Source: an uncultured cyanobacterium
GTDB lineage: Bacteria; Cyanobacteriota; Cyanobacteriia; PCC-9006; JAAUQQ01
Length of the DNA stretch: 64,000 nucleotides
Direction of reading: 5' to 3'
NCBI GenBank assembly: GCA_963718615.1
Contig: OY970368.1
Location: 2,144,001 to 2,208,000, forward strand
The notes beneath the pieces were generated by a model. It ran no database searches and was not told the DNA's origin. It was given only the letters and a program-made list of their open reading frames with translations. A program made the translations under genes and the position numbers. The stretch's first letter is position 1. Every line of letters starts with the position of its first letter. Of this stretch, positions 33,438 through 44,280 are shown one piece after another.

Positions 33438-34649
33438 ATGACGCAGCAAGTACCACAGGTCTGCATCCTCGGAGGAGGATTTGGGGGGCTTTATACGGCC
33501 CTTCGTCTTAGCCAACTGTCTTGGGAAGGCTCAACACCGCCCCAAATTACGCTGGTGGACCAGAACGATCGCTTTGTCTTTCTGCCCTTGCTCTACGAGC
33601 TGATCACCCACGAGCTAGAAACCTGGGAAATTGCGCCCCCCTACGAAGAGCTGCTAGGGGGAACCGGCATCCGGTTTGTCCAGGCGCGGGTGGACCACAT
33701 TGACCTAGACGGGCAAACGGTTCAGGTTTCGGGCAATAGCGGTGAGCAAACCTTGGCCTACGATCGCCTTGTCCTCGCCCTCGGAGGAGAAACACCACTA
33801 GACTTCGTTCCGGGAGCGGTAGACCATGCCATCCCCTTCCGATCGGTGGAGGATGCCTATCGCCTGGAAGAGCAACTGCGAGCGTTGGAGAATTCAGAGT
33901 GCGATCGCATCCGCGTTGTCGTTGCCGGCGGCGGCTATAGCGGCGTAGAGCTGGCCTGTAAGTTGGCAGAACGCTTAGGCGCTAGGGGTCGAGTCCGGAT
34001 TATTGAGCTATCGGACCAAATTCTACGAACTTCGCCGGAGTTTAACCGTCAGGCAGCTCGCAAAGCGCTGGAAGCTCGGGGGGTTTGGGTGGATTTGGAA
34101 ACCCGGATTGAGGCGATTCGGGCGGATGAAATGGATTTGAAGTACCGCGACGAGCTGGATACCATCCCCGTGGATTTGGTCCTCTGGACCGTGGGAACCG
34201 CCATAGTGCCCGTCATTCAGGCTCTGGCGCTGCCGAAGAACGAGCGAGGCCAAATCACGGTGCTGCCGACGCTGCAAGTGACGGACCATCCCCAACTCTT
34301 CGCCCTCGGGGACTTGGCGACAGGCGAAGATGCTGAAGCCCAGCGGGTACCGGCGACGGCCCAGGCGGCGTTTCAGCAGGCGGACTATGTGGGCTGGAAC
34401 CTTTGGGCTTCGTTGACCGGGCGACCGCTGCTACCGTTCCGCTACCAAAATCTGGGTGAAATGATGAGCTTGGGGACGAATACAGCAACGCTGACGGGCC
34501 TGGGCGTGACGCTGGATGGTCCTTTGGCCCATGTGGCCCGGCGGCTGATTTATTTGTATCGCATGCCGACGCTGGATCATCAATTGCGGGTTGGGTTTAA
34601 CTGGATGACGAAACCGTTGCAGGATTTGCTACAGGCTACGGTTTCTTGA
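33438..34649 (+). CDS. Type II NAD(P)H dehydrogenase, NdbB-like
   Basis: GGGFGGLY and GGGYSGVELA dinucleotide motifs, FALGD, ATAQAA. Confidence 0.88.
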   Translation: MTQQVPQVCILGGGFGGLYTALRLSQLSWEGSTPPQITLVDQNDRFVFLPLLYELITHELETWEIAPPYEELLGGTGIRFVQARVDHIDLDGQTVQVSGNSGEQTLAYDRLVLALGGETPLDFVPGAVDHAIPFRSVEDAYRLEEQLRALENSECDRIRVVVAGGGYSGVELACKLAERLGARGRVRIIELSDQILRTSPEFNRQAARKALEARGVWVDLETRIEAIRADEMDLKYRDELDTIPVDLVLWTVGTAIVPVIQALALPKNERGQITVLPTLQVTDHPQLFALGDLATGEDAEAQRVPATAQAAFQQADYVGWNLWASLTGRPLLPFRYQNLGEMMSLGTNTATLTGLGVTLDGPLAHVARRLIYLYRMPTLDHQLRVGFNWMTKPLQDLLQATVS

Positions 34650-34680
34650 CGGTTTCTTGACAATTGGACGATTTGACGAT

Positions 34681-35355
34681 TTAGGGAGCTGGACGGTCGA
34701 GCCAGATGCCCTGGAGGCCAGCAGCGATCGCCCCTTCATAGTCCTCCCCAATGCTGTCTCCCACATGCCAAGCTTCCTGGGGCAGGCAGTTGTGCTGGGC
34801 GATCGCCCGCTGAAACACCGCTGCACTGGGCTTTGCCGCCCCCACTTCCGTCGAGATCGTCACCGAAGAAAAATAGCCATCGAGTTGCAGCGCTTCCAGC
34901 ACGTCGTAAAGGCGACTATCAAAATTAGAAATCACGCCCAAGGCCACGCCCTGATCGCGCCAATAGTTCAACGTTGGTCGGGTATCGTCATACAGTTCCC
35001 AGGGTTCTGCCGTGGCGAAATAGTCGTAGAGATAGTCGAAGAAACGGTCAAAATCCTTGAACTTTTCCAGAGCGTTGGCCTGGGCAAAACTTTGGCGGGC
35101 GATCGCCGCCCACCAGTGATATTCCAGGCGCTTTAGGTCTGCGGCTGGGGCTCCCGGAAATGCCATAGGCGGTGCTTGCTTAAAACTGGCACCAAAGGCT
35201 TGGTTGAGCGCCGCCGCCGAAACTTCGATGCCAAATTTGCGGGCAACCTCAGCGTAAACAGAGCCGACGCTGCCCCGGATGCCAAACAGCGTCCCCATGG
35301 CATCGAAAAAGATTACCTTGGGGCGATCGCGCCACGCTGCATCCTCGCTCATCAC
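34681..35355 (-). CDS. HAD-IA family hydrolase (REG-2-like)
   Basis: FFDAMGTL, SNFDSRL, KP, HVGDS..D. Confidence 0.9.
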   Translation of the reverse strand: MMSEDAAWRDRPKVIFFDAMGTLFGIRGSVGSVYAEVARKFGIEVSAAALNQAFGASFKQAPPMAFPGAPAADLKRLEYHWWAAIARQSFAQANALEKFKDFDRFFDYLYDYFATAEPWELYDDTRPTLNYWRDQGVALGVISNFDSRLYDVLEALQLDGYFSSVTISTEVGAAKPSAAVFQRAIAQHNCLPQEAWHVGDSIGEDYEGAIAAGLQGIWLDRPAP

Positions 35356-35368
35356 CTTGGCTCTCCAG

Positions 35369-36919
35369 TCATCGCATTTGAACCGGCTGAGTCACTGGAC
35401 TCACGCCTTCCTTCTGTTCGTTTTGAGCCACTTCCCGCCGCAGGGAGGCCAACAGCGCTTCCTGGGCCAAGGGCTCTGTAATCGTATTATCGCCCACAAT
35501 CCAGGTATCTTTACTGCCCCCCCCCTGGGACGAATTCACAACTAAAGAGCCGCGTCGCATGGCCACACGGGTCAAGCCACCGGGATTCACATAGATTTCT
35601 TCGCCGTAGAGAACATAGGGCCGCAGGTCCACATGGCAGCCTTCGATCTGGTCGCCCATCATGGTCGGGACGCGGGAGAGGCAGAGGGTGGGCTGGGCAA
35701 TATATTTGCGGGGATGGGCTTGAATGCGATCGCGGAATTCCGCCCGCTCCGCCTCCGTCGCATGGGGACCCACTAGCATGCCATAGCCCCCCGACTCATC
35801 CGCCGACTTCACCACCAGCTCGTGGAGATGGTCCAAAACATATTCCTGTTGTTTGGGCTCCCAGCATAGATAGGTGGGGACGTTATGGAGCAGCGGTTCT
35901 TCGCCTAGGTAGTATTGGATGATTTCCGGGACGTAGGCATAAATGACCTTGTCATCGGCCACGCCGGTTCCCAGGGCATTGGCTAGGCCCAGATTGCCTT
36001 GGCGATAGACCTCCGCCAAGCCCGGAATGCCCAGGAGGGAATCGGGTCGGAACACCGTTGGGTCAATAAAGATGTCATCAATGCGGCGGTAGAGCACATC
36101 CACCCGCTTGAGCCCCTTGGTGGTTCGCATTTTGAGATATCCTCCATCAACCACCAAATCCCGGCCTTCCACCAGTTCCACCCCCATTTGCTGGGCGAGA
36201 TAGGAATGCTCAAAGTAGGCAGAGTTGTAAATCCCTGGGGTCAGGACCGCTACGGTCGGGTCGTTAACGGATGTAGGTGCAATATTGAGCAGAGTTTCCA
36301 GCAAGCAACTAGGATAGTTGTCGACGGGTTTGACATCCATTTGATGGAAGATTTGGGGGAATGTTGCCTTCATCACCCGCCGATTTTCTAGGACATAGGA
36401 AACGCCGGAGGGACAGCGCAGATTGTCTTCGAGGACATACCATTTCCCCTGGCGATCGCGCACCAAATCTGTCCCAGTCACATGGCACCAAATGTCCTTC
36501 GCTGGTTTTAGACCCATACAGGGCTTGAGAAATCCAGTTGCTGATTCAATCAGCTCGCGGGGAATGATGCCGTCTTGAATAATTTTTTGTTCGCCATAAA
36601 TATCAGACAAAAAGAGATTGAGGGCATGAATGCGCTGCTTGAGACCCGCCTCTAGCTCGATCCAGTCTGAGGTGGAAATAATCCGGGGAATGACATCAAA
36701 GGGAAGAATCCGTTCGGTGCCTTCGCCGTCACCATAGACCGTAAACGTCGCGCCCTGCTTGAGCATGACCCGTTTGGCAGCGGCTTGGCGACGTAGAATT
36801 TCGGTGGTCGAAAGGGCGTTAATCCGCTCTACCAAAAGCTGTGCGGCATCCCGAGGTTTGCCAGGCTCGATAAACAACTCATCAAAGAAGTCACCTGGAT
36901 CGTAGCTTTGAAATGTCAT
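35369..36919 (-). CDS. Circularly permuted ATP-grasp type 2 protein
   Basis: VLEDNLRCPSGVSY, NSAYFEH, DLRP, VVNSSQGGGSKDTW. Confidence 0.92.
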   Translation of the reverse strand: MTFQSYDPGDFFDELFIEPGKPRDAAQLLVERINALSTTEILRRQAAAKRVMLKQGATFTVYGDGEGTERILPFDVIPRIISTSDWIELEAGLKQRIHALNLFLSDIYGEQKIIQDGIIPRELIESATGFLKPCMGLKPAKDIWCHVTGTDLVRDRQGKWYVLEDNLRCPSGVSYVLENRRVMKATFPQIFHQMDVKPVDNYPSCLLETLLNIAPTSVNDPTVAVLTPGIYNSAYFEHSYLAQQMGVELVEGRDLVVDGGYLKMRTTKGLKRVDVLYRRIDDIFIDPTVFRPDSLLGIPGLAEVYRQGNLGLANALGTGVADDKVIYAYVPEIIQYYLGEEPLLHNVPTYLCWEPKQQEYVLDHLHELVVKSADESGGYGMLVGPHATEAERAEFRDRIQAHPRKYIAQPTLCLSRVPTMMGDQIEGCHVDLRPYVLYGEEIYVNPGGLTRVAMRRGSLVVNSSQGGGSKDTWIVGDNTITEPLAQEALLASLRREVAQNEQKEGVSPVTQPVQMR

Positions 36920-37086
36920 GGGTTACCTCGTTATGCATCCTTGAGTAGCTGTATCATTCCCGCTAGGGCTAGTAAATCTTCTCTGGGATCCGTCTTTTGT
37001 AGTCTTCGATGCAATTATAGGTTGAGAAGTTTTGCGATTTCTTTGAGACTTTCTGTTTTTTTCAATTGTTTTTTCAATGGGGTTCA

Positions 37087-37548
37087 ATGATTACGCTAAA
37101 TCCCCTTTGTCCCTGCGGCAGTAAGACCCCATTTGGCAATTGCTGTGGGCCTTTTCTCAGTGGCAAGGCGCTAGCCCCGACGGCGGAGGCGTTGATGCGA
37201 TCGCGCTACACGGCCTATTGCAAGGGCAATGTGGATTATTTGCTGGCAACGCTCCATCCGTCGAAACGCAGGCGGGGCGATCGCCTCAGTTTGGCCCAGA
37301 GTATTCAGTCTACCCACTGGGTGGGGTTGAGGGTGTTGGCGACGCGCCAAGGGCAGCCGCAGGATCCGACGGGGGTGGTGGAGTTTGTGGCGAGGTATGA
37401 CCGACCGGTGGAGGGGCAGTTGCATGAGCGATCGCGGTTTTTGAAGGAGGGCGATCGTTGGTTTTATCTGGATGGGGATATAGCGCCCTCACTCCGCCAT
37501 CGCAAAAATCTGGGCTGCGGTGAGGGTGAGCGTTGGGAACGTTGGTGA
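37087..37548 (+). CDS. YchJ/SEC-C family protein (C-terminus possibly replaced)
   Basis: CPCGS..CC, TAEALMRSRY, HERSRF, WFYLDG; 3' end overlaps the convergent Uma2 gene by 60 bp. Confidence 0.85.
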   Translation: MITLNPLCPCGSKTPFGNCCGPFLSGKALAPTAEALMRSRYTAYCKGNVDYLLATLHPSKRRRGDRLSLAQSIQSTHWVGLRVLATRQGQPQDPTGVVEFVARYDRPVEGQLHERSRFLKEGDRWFYLDGDIAPSLRHRKNLGCGEGERWERW

Positions 37549-38100
37549 AATGATCCGATCATCAGCTCGAAATTGTTCGAGCTGGTATTCTTCCTGCACG
37601 AGACTATAAATGCTGATTGTTGGTTGTTTTGGGCGACCGATGTAGCGAGTTGCACCCAGCGCCCGAAAGTCGAGAATCCAGTATTCTAGGACGCCCATTT
37701 CTTCATAGTCATTGAGTTTGAGGCCATAGTCATCGCGCCAATTTGTAGAGACAATTTCGATCGCGAGGCGAACGGTAGCTCCATGCACGATGGTTGAGCT
37801 TTTTTCCCAGCGAGGCTCCTGAGCCAATTGCTCTCGATCGAGGACAACAATGTCGGGTTTGTAGCCTGCCTCGTCTCGAAAGGGTTTGAGTGTGGCGGTT
37901 TTGGGGATGATGTAGGGCAAACCTTCGGCGCGGATGGCACGGTGGAGGTCGAAGCTGAGTTCACTGCCCAGAACTTCGTGGGGGCCGGTCGGGTTCATGG
38001 GGACGGGGATTCCTTCAATGAGTTCAAAGGTTTGCCCACCGTCTGGGTGCCATTCGAGAAATTGATCAAAGGACATGCGGCGAGGCGCGATTTGAACCAT
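37489..38100 (-). CDS. Uma2 family (DUF820) putative endonuclease
   Basis: FELIEG, PD...EIVS, YEEMGVLEYWILD. Confidence 0.9.
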   Translation of the reverse strand: MVQIAPRRMSFDQFLEWHPDGGQTFELIEGIPVPMNPTGPHEVLGSELSFDLHRAIRAEGLPYIIPKTATLKPFRDEAGYKPDIVVLDREQLAQEPRWEKSSTIVHGATVRLAIEIVSTNWRDDYGLKLNDYEEMGVLEYWILDFRALGATRYIGRPKQPTISIYSLVQEEYQLEQFRADDRIISPTFPTLTLTAAQIFAMAE

Positions 38101-38194
38101 TAGCGATTTGAACCCTTGGGAAGTGAGCGAGGGTGTGTTGCTTATTTTAGTTTAGGACAATTTTGTGCAGGGTTGTATCATCGCGAGGGGAGGT

Positions 38195-38221
38195 TGGATG
38201 CTCAGATCGCAGCGGTGGCTC
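38195..38221 (+). repeat. Direct repeat copy 1 (VapC remnant DAQIAAVA)
   Basis: TGGATGCTCAGATCGCAGCGGTGGCTC matches 38810-38836 at 26 of 27 positions. Confidence 0.75.
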
Positions 38222-38696
38222 ACGTAGGCAGGTAGGCCTCATCTAGGATTTGCCCGATCGTATACTCACACTCTACCGGAAACTGTTCAAGGGCAAGTCC
38301 AGTTTTGATCGCCGCCAACCGCCGCGCCCCCGCATAAGCAGCTTCAAGCACTGTCGGCCAATAGTTTTTTAAACTGGGACTCTCTTCTAGAATGTCCGCA
38401 ATGCGCAACCGCTGTTCCAAAATCGTTGCTTGCCAACTGCGACTGCGCTGCTCGGGCTGAAACTGCCATTTCAGCAAATGCATCAGCAAAACCTCAAGGC
38501 GACTTTTGACCGCCCGCCGATCGGACTTCCCCAATGCTTCAATCTCCTCGATCAAATTCTCCACATCTAGAGCTGCCCAATCGCCCTGACGCAAGGCTTT
38601 GACCATTTGCTCTGTCCAAGCTACAAAATCTTGATCGTAGGGCGATCGCGTTTGGTTGATTAAATTGGTCTGGATTGAAGCCATCGTGTTGACCAA
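38220..38696 (-). CDS. DUF29 family protein
   Basis: YDQDFVAW, LIEEIEALG, HLLKWQFQ, SPSLK. Confidence 0.9.
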   Translation of the reverse strand: MVNTMASIQTNLINQTRSPYDQDFVAWTEQMVKALRQGDWAALDVENLIEEIEALGKSDRRAVKSRLEVLLMHLLKWQFQPEQRSRSWQATILEQRLRIADILEESPSLKNYWPTVLEAAYAGARRLAAIKTGLALEQFPVECEYTIGQILDEAYLPT

Positions 38697-38793
38697 TCTG
38701 CAAGGGCATTTGAGTTGAGTTTAACAGACTTTTTCTTGGGATCTAGACAGGAAGGGCGATCGCTCTTGCACCCATTGCGACGACCGCCTAGCG

Positions 38794-38880
38794 ATGACCA
38801 CTGGAGAGGTGGATGCTCAGATCGCAGCAGTGGCTCGATCTCGGGGTGACATTCTTGTGACAAACAATACGCGACATTTC
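38794..38880 (+). pseudogene. VapC/PIN toxin C-terminal remnant
   Basis: GEVDAQIAAVARSRGDILVTNNTRHF is the PIN C-terminal motif; N-terminal half absent. Confidence 0.75.
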
Positions 38881-38883
38881 CAA

Positions 38884-38985
38884 CTTCGGTTTGACCCGCC
38901 GCTGCAACTTGCCATACAGCGACCTCATCTCCTCCAAACTCAAAAAACACTCAAACACCGACCACAGCATCCGATGGGCATATCA
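38884..38985 (-). pseudogene. cas2: cas2 internal remnant
   Basis: *YAHRMLWSVFECFLSLEEMRSLYGKLQRRVKP resembles the Cas2 GYG.RVQYSVFEC core; TGA sits where Gly is expected; both ends missing. Confidence 0.65.
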
Positions 38986-39005
38986 TATGGAAAATTGTTC
39001 TTCTA

Positions 39006-39875
39006 ATGTTTATGGACTGGCAAGCCCTCGCCGACTGGCACCCGCATATCTTTGCTCAACTTACTGCTGAACCCCCCAAAGGTAACGCAACGGTTCCCAA
39101 CGCCGTTGCCCAAATCGATATGCTCAAGCAACAGCTCGAATTCCTTGCGAAGGAAAACGCTCGCCAGTCCGCCGAATTTACCGAAAAGCTTAAGCTCATG
39201 GCCGATGGGCAACAGCAGCTCAGCCAAGGTTTTCAGGGATTCGTCACGACGATGCAGTGGGTTTTGGGTGGACTCGGTCTGTTTGGAACTTCGATCATCG
39301 CGGCGTTGGGGTACATCTTTGGTAAGACAATCCAAGAAACCAAAGCCGTCGCCAAAGCGATTGCCACAGAAAAAGTCACCGACGAAGTGCAGCGAATCGT
39401 AAACGCTGAAGTTGAAATTGTGCGGCGATCGCTCCAACGCGAAACGGTCATTGGCAACACCCTCGTAGACTACTGGCTTCCGGCTGGCCCGAGCGCGCCT
39501 AATGAATTCAGACTTCTCCGGGGCCGTGCCTTCCAAAACGTCAAGTTCTATGACGATTCGGTAATCCCTCGTCGAATTACGGGTGATGTCTTTGTTCTGG
39601 ATCTGGAGAACAGTATTAGTGCCAGTGGCGAACGCTTCGGAAAGAGGCCAGAGGCAGAGCGTGAGACCTTTGCTAAGGAACAGATTGATGCGGCTTTGGA
39701 TGCGTTGCCGGGTTCGGTGGCGATCGTAATCTACACTCGTTCCGCCGTAAAACATATTTTCTCGCTACCCCAAGATCGCTACGTTTCTCCTGCAACAAAT
39801 CCGATAACGCTGGTCGGAATGGTGGCAGATGCCGCCTACCTGGCACACGGAGCCCAGCAGCGGAGTTCTCCTTAA
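39006..39875 (+). CDS. Candidate type III CRISPR membrane effector: coiled coil + TM + REC-like alpha/beta domain (possibly Cam2/NARF-like)
   Basis: TM WVLGGLGLFGTSIIAALGYIF; C-domain GDVFVLDL...AIVIYT...ATNPITL; immediately upstream of cas10 on the same strand. Confidence 0.55.
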   Translation: MFMDWQALADWHPHIFAQLTAEPPKGNATVPNAVAQIDMLKQQLEFLAKENARQSAEFTEKLKLMADGQQQLSQGFQGFVTTMQWVLGGLGLFGTSIIAALGYIFGKTIQETKAVAKAIATEKVTDEVQRIVNAEVEIVRRSLQRETVIGNTLVDYWLPAGPSAPNEFRLLRGRAFQNVKFYDDSVIPRRITGDVFVLDLENSISASGERFGKRPEAERETFAKEQIDAALDALPGSVAIVIYTRSAVKHIFSLPQDRYVSPATNPITLVGMVADAAYLAHGAQQRSSP

Positions 39876-39979
39876 AAACGCCAAAAATCGCAAAAGGGTT
39901 GGCAACGTAAATTTCTGCTAACCCTTTTTTTGCGGCTCATAATCAAACTGCCGACAAAGCTGCCAATAAAACATGGAAT

Positions 39980-40067
39980 CTTGCCATATCTGGCAAGTCA
40001 TTTTCCTTTCCTGGCCATACTTGTGTCTCAGGTTACAGCATTGAGACTTATTTCCGACGCTTCGGAA
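39980..40067. promoter_or_regulatory. Cluster of inverted repeats upstream of cas10 (putative operators)
   Basis: CTTGCCA-N4-TGGCAAG (39980-39997), GTCTCA-N11-TGAGAC (40025-40047), TTCCGA-N4-TCGGAA (40052-40067). Confidence 0.4.
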
Positions 40068-40122
40068 CAATCCGTCTTGGTAATCATTCTGAGGAAGCAT
40101 ACGCATTTTCCAAACGCACTAG

Positions 40123-42880
<2,758 letters not shown>

Positions 42881-42959
42881 ACCAGTGCCAAGGCCGGATG
42901 AACGCGGTTTTTCCCTACGTTTTTGTTTTTTATCTTGCTCAATTCTCTCTTGCTGAATT

Positions 42960-43817
42960 ATGTACAACAAGGCTTTTGGAATCATTGAAACGCTGGCTCC
43001 GCTGCATGTGGGGGCGAGTGCGGGTGAGGAAACGGGAAATCTGAATTTGATTTTTCGGGATCAGTTTACGCAGACAGGCATCATTCCGGGCAGCTCCATC
43101 CGAGGGCGGTTTCGGGCAGATATGCGCGAGACAACTACATCAGAAAATGCGGCCTATTGGTTAGAAAAGGCGGCCTATTGGTATGGTGCAGAGGCTAAGG
43201 CTGGCGATCCAAATAGTACGAGTGAGGGGATCGTTAAGTTTGAATATGCTTCGTTGTTGTGGATTCCGGTGTATTGCCCAAATCAACCTGTGGTGCGGGT
43301 GTCTTGTCCAGCGTTGTTACGGCGGTATCAAATGCTGGCGGGTTTGCCGAGCCATGATTTTAAGCCCTATTGCTTCTATGGGAAAGAACAGGTGTCTGAG
43401 CTGTTCTTTAATCTGGGTTTTCTGAAACTGAATGGGGCGGATGGAAAACTGAAGGATTATATGCCGACACAGATTACGAATGGGAAGGATTATCTTTTGG
43501 TCGTGGTGGATGATAAGGATATGGCGATGATCCATGACATGGCGCTGTATCGGCAGAGTCGGGTGTCGCTGGAGTCTGAGACGAAGATTGCGAAGCGAGG
43601 GGCGTTTTTTAATGTGGAGGCGTTGCCGGAGGGGACGATTTTGGCGTTTCCGATCGCGCTGCGAAAAAAGATTGGGGAGAAGGCGATCGCCGTGGGAGAT
43701 TTTCTGGAAACGGGTGACTTTATGGCGACTCGGGACATGTATTTTGGGGGATTGGAGTCGGTTGGGTTTGGACGGGCACAGGTGACGGTGACGGCTCAGG
43801 TAACTGCAACAAAATAG
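42960..43817 (+). CDS. cmr4: Cmr4 (Cas7-group RAMP)
   Basis: PLHVGAS, IPGSSIRG, EALPEGT, GGLESVGFG. Asn is at the apparent catalytic Asp position (GNLNLIFRD). Confidence 0.9.
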   Translation: MYNKAFGIIETLAPLHVGASAGEETGNLNLIFRDQFTQTGIIPGSSIRGRFRADMRETTTSENAAYWLEKAAYWYGAEAKAGDPNSTSEGIVKFEYASLLWIPVYCPNQPVVRVSCPALLRRYQMLAGLPSHDFKPYCFYGKEQVSELFFNLGFLKLNGADGKLKDYMPTQITNGKDYLLVVVDDKDMAMIHDMALYRQSRVSLESETKIAKRGAFFNVEALPEGTILAFPIALRKKIGEKAIAVGDFLETGDFMATRDMYFGGLESVGFGRAQVTVTAQVTATK

Positions 43818-43828
43818 GAGATCTTTTC

Positions 43829-44278
43829 ATGCCACAAGTACAAGAAGCGGCGGCCTCGAATTGGAAGCCCTATGCACTCGATCGCTATGCCCAGGAATTG
43901 GTGCTCGATCGGAGGGATTTGAAAGAGGTCTTAAATGAATCACACAAAATGCGCATGTCTGTGGGTTATGGGTTAGAGCGATTCTGGGGGGAGCATATTC
44001 GCCTTCAGCGGGAGAGTCGGGAGAAGGCGGCTTACTGGAAGGCGGTGTGGGATAAGCTGGCGGATATTTTGACTGAAACCGGATGTTCGATCGTGCTGCC
44101 GAAGGATACGGTTAGCCCGGATGATACGACGGAAATTAGGCGGATTTCGGGGGAGCTTTGGGCTCTGAGGATTGATGATCAGCGGTTGGCGTTGATGGTG
44201 TTGACGCAGTTTTGTGATGCGCTGGTGTGGTGGACGCAGCGTTATAAGAAGAAATCAAATGGACAACGGGAGAACTAG
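43829..44278 (+). CDS. cmr5: Cmr5 (small subunit, Cas11)
   Basis: 149-aa helical protein between cmr4 and the RAMP fusion; YGLERFWG. Confidence 0.7.
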   Translation: MPQVQEAAASNWKPYALDRYAQELVLDRRDLKEVLNESHKMRMSVGYGLERFWGEHIRLQRESREKAAYWKAVWDKLADILTETGCSIVLPKDTVSPDDTTEIRRISGELWALRIDDQRLALMVLTQFCDALVWWTQRYKKKSNGQREN

Positions 44279-44280
44279 TC

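Noticed and set aside
39003-39755. 250-aa minus-strand ORF opposite the candidate effector
   Set aside because: Antisense shadow with no recognisable motifs; the plus-strand ORF has a coherent architecture
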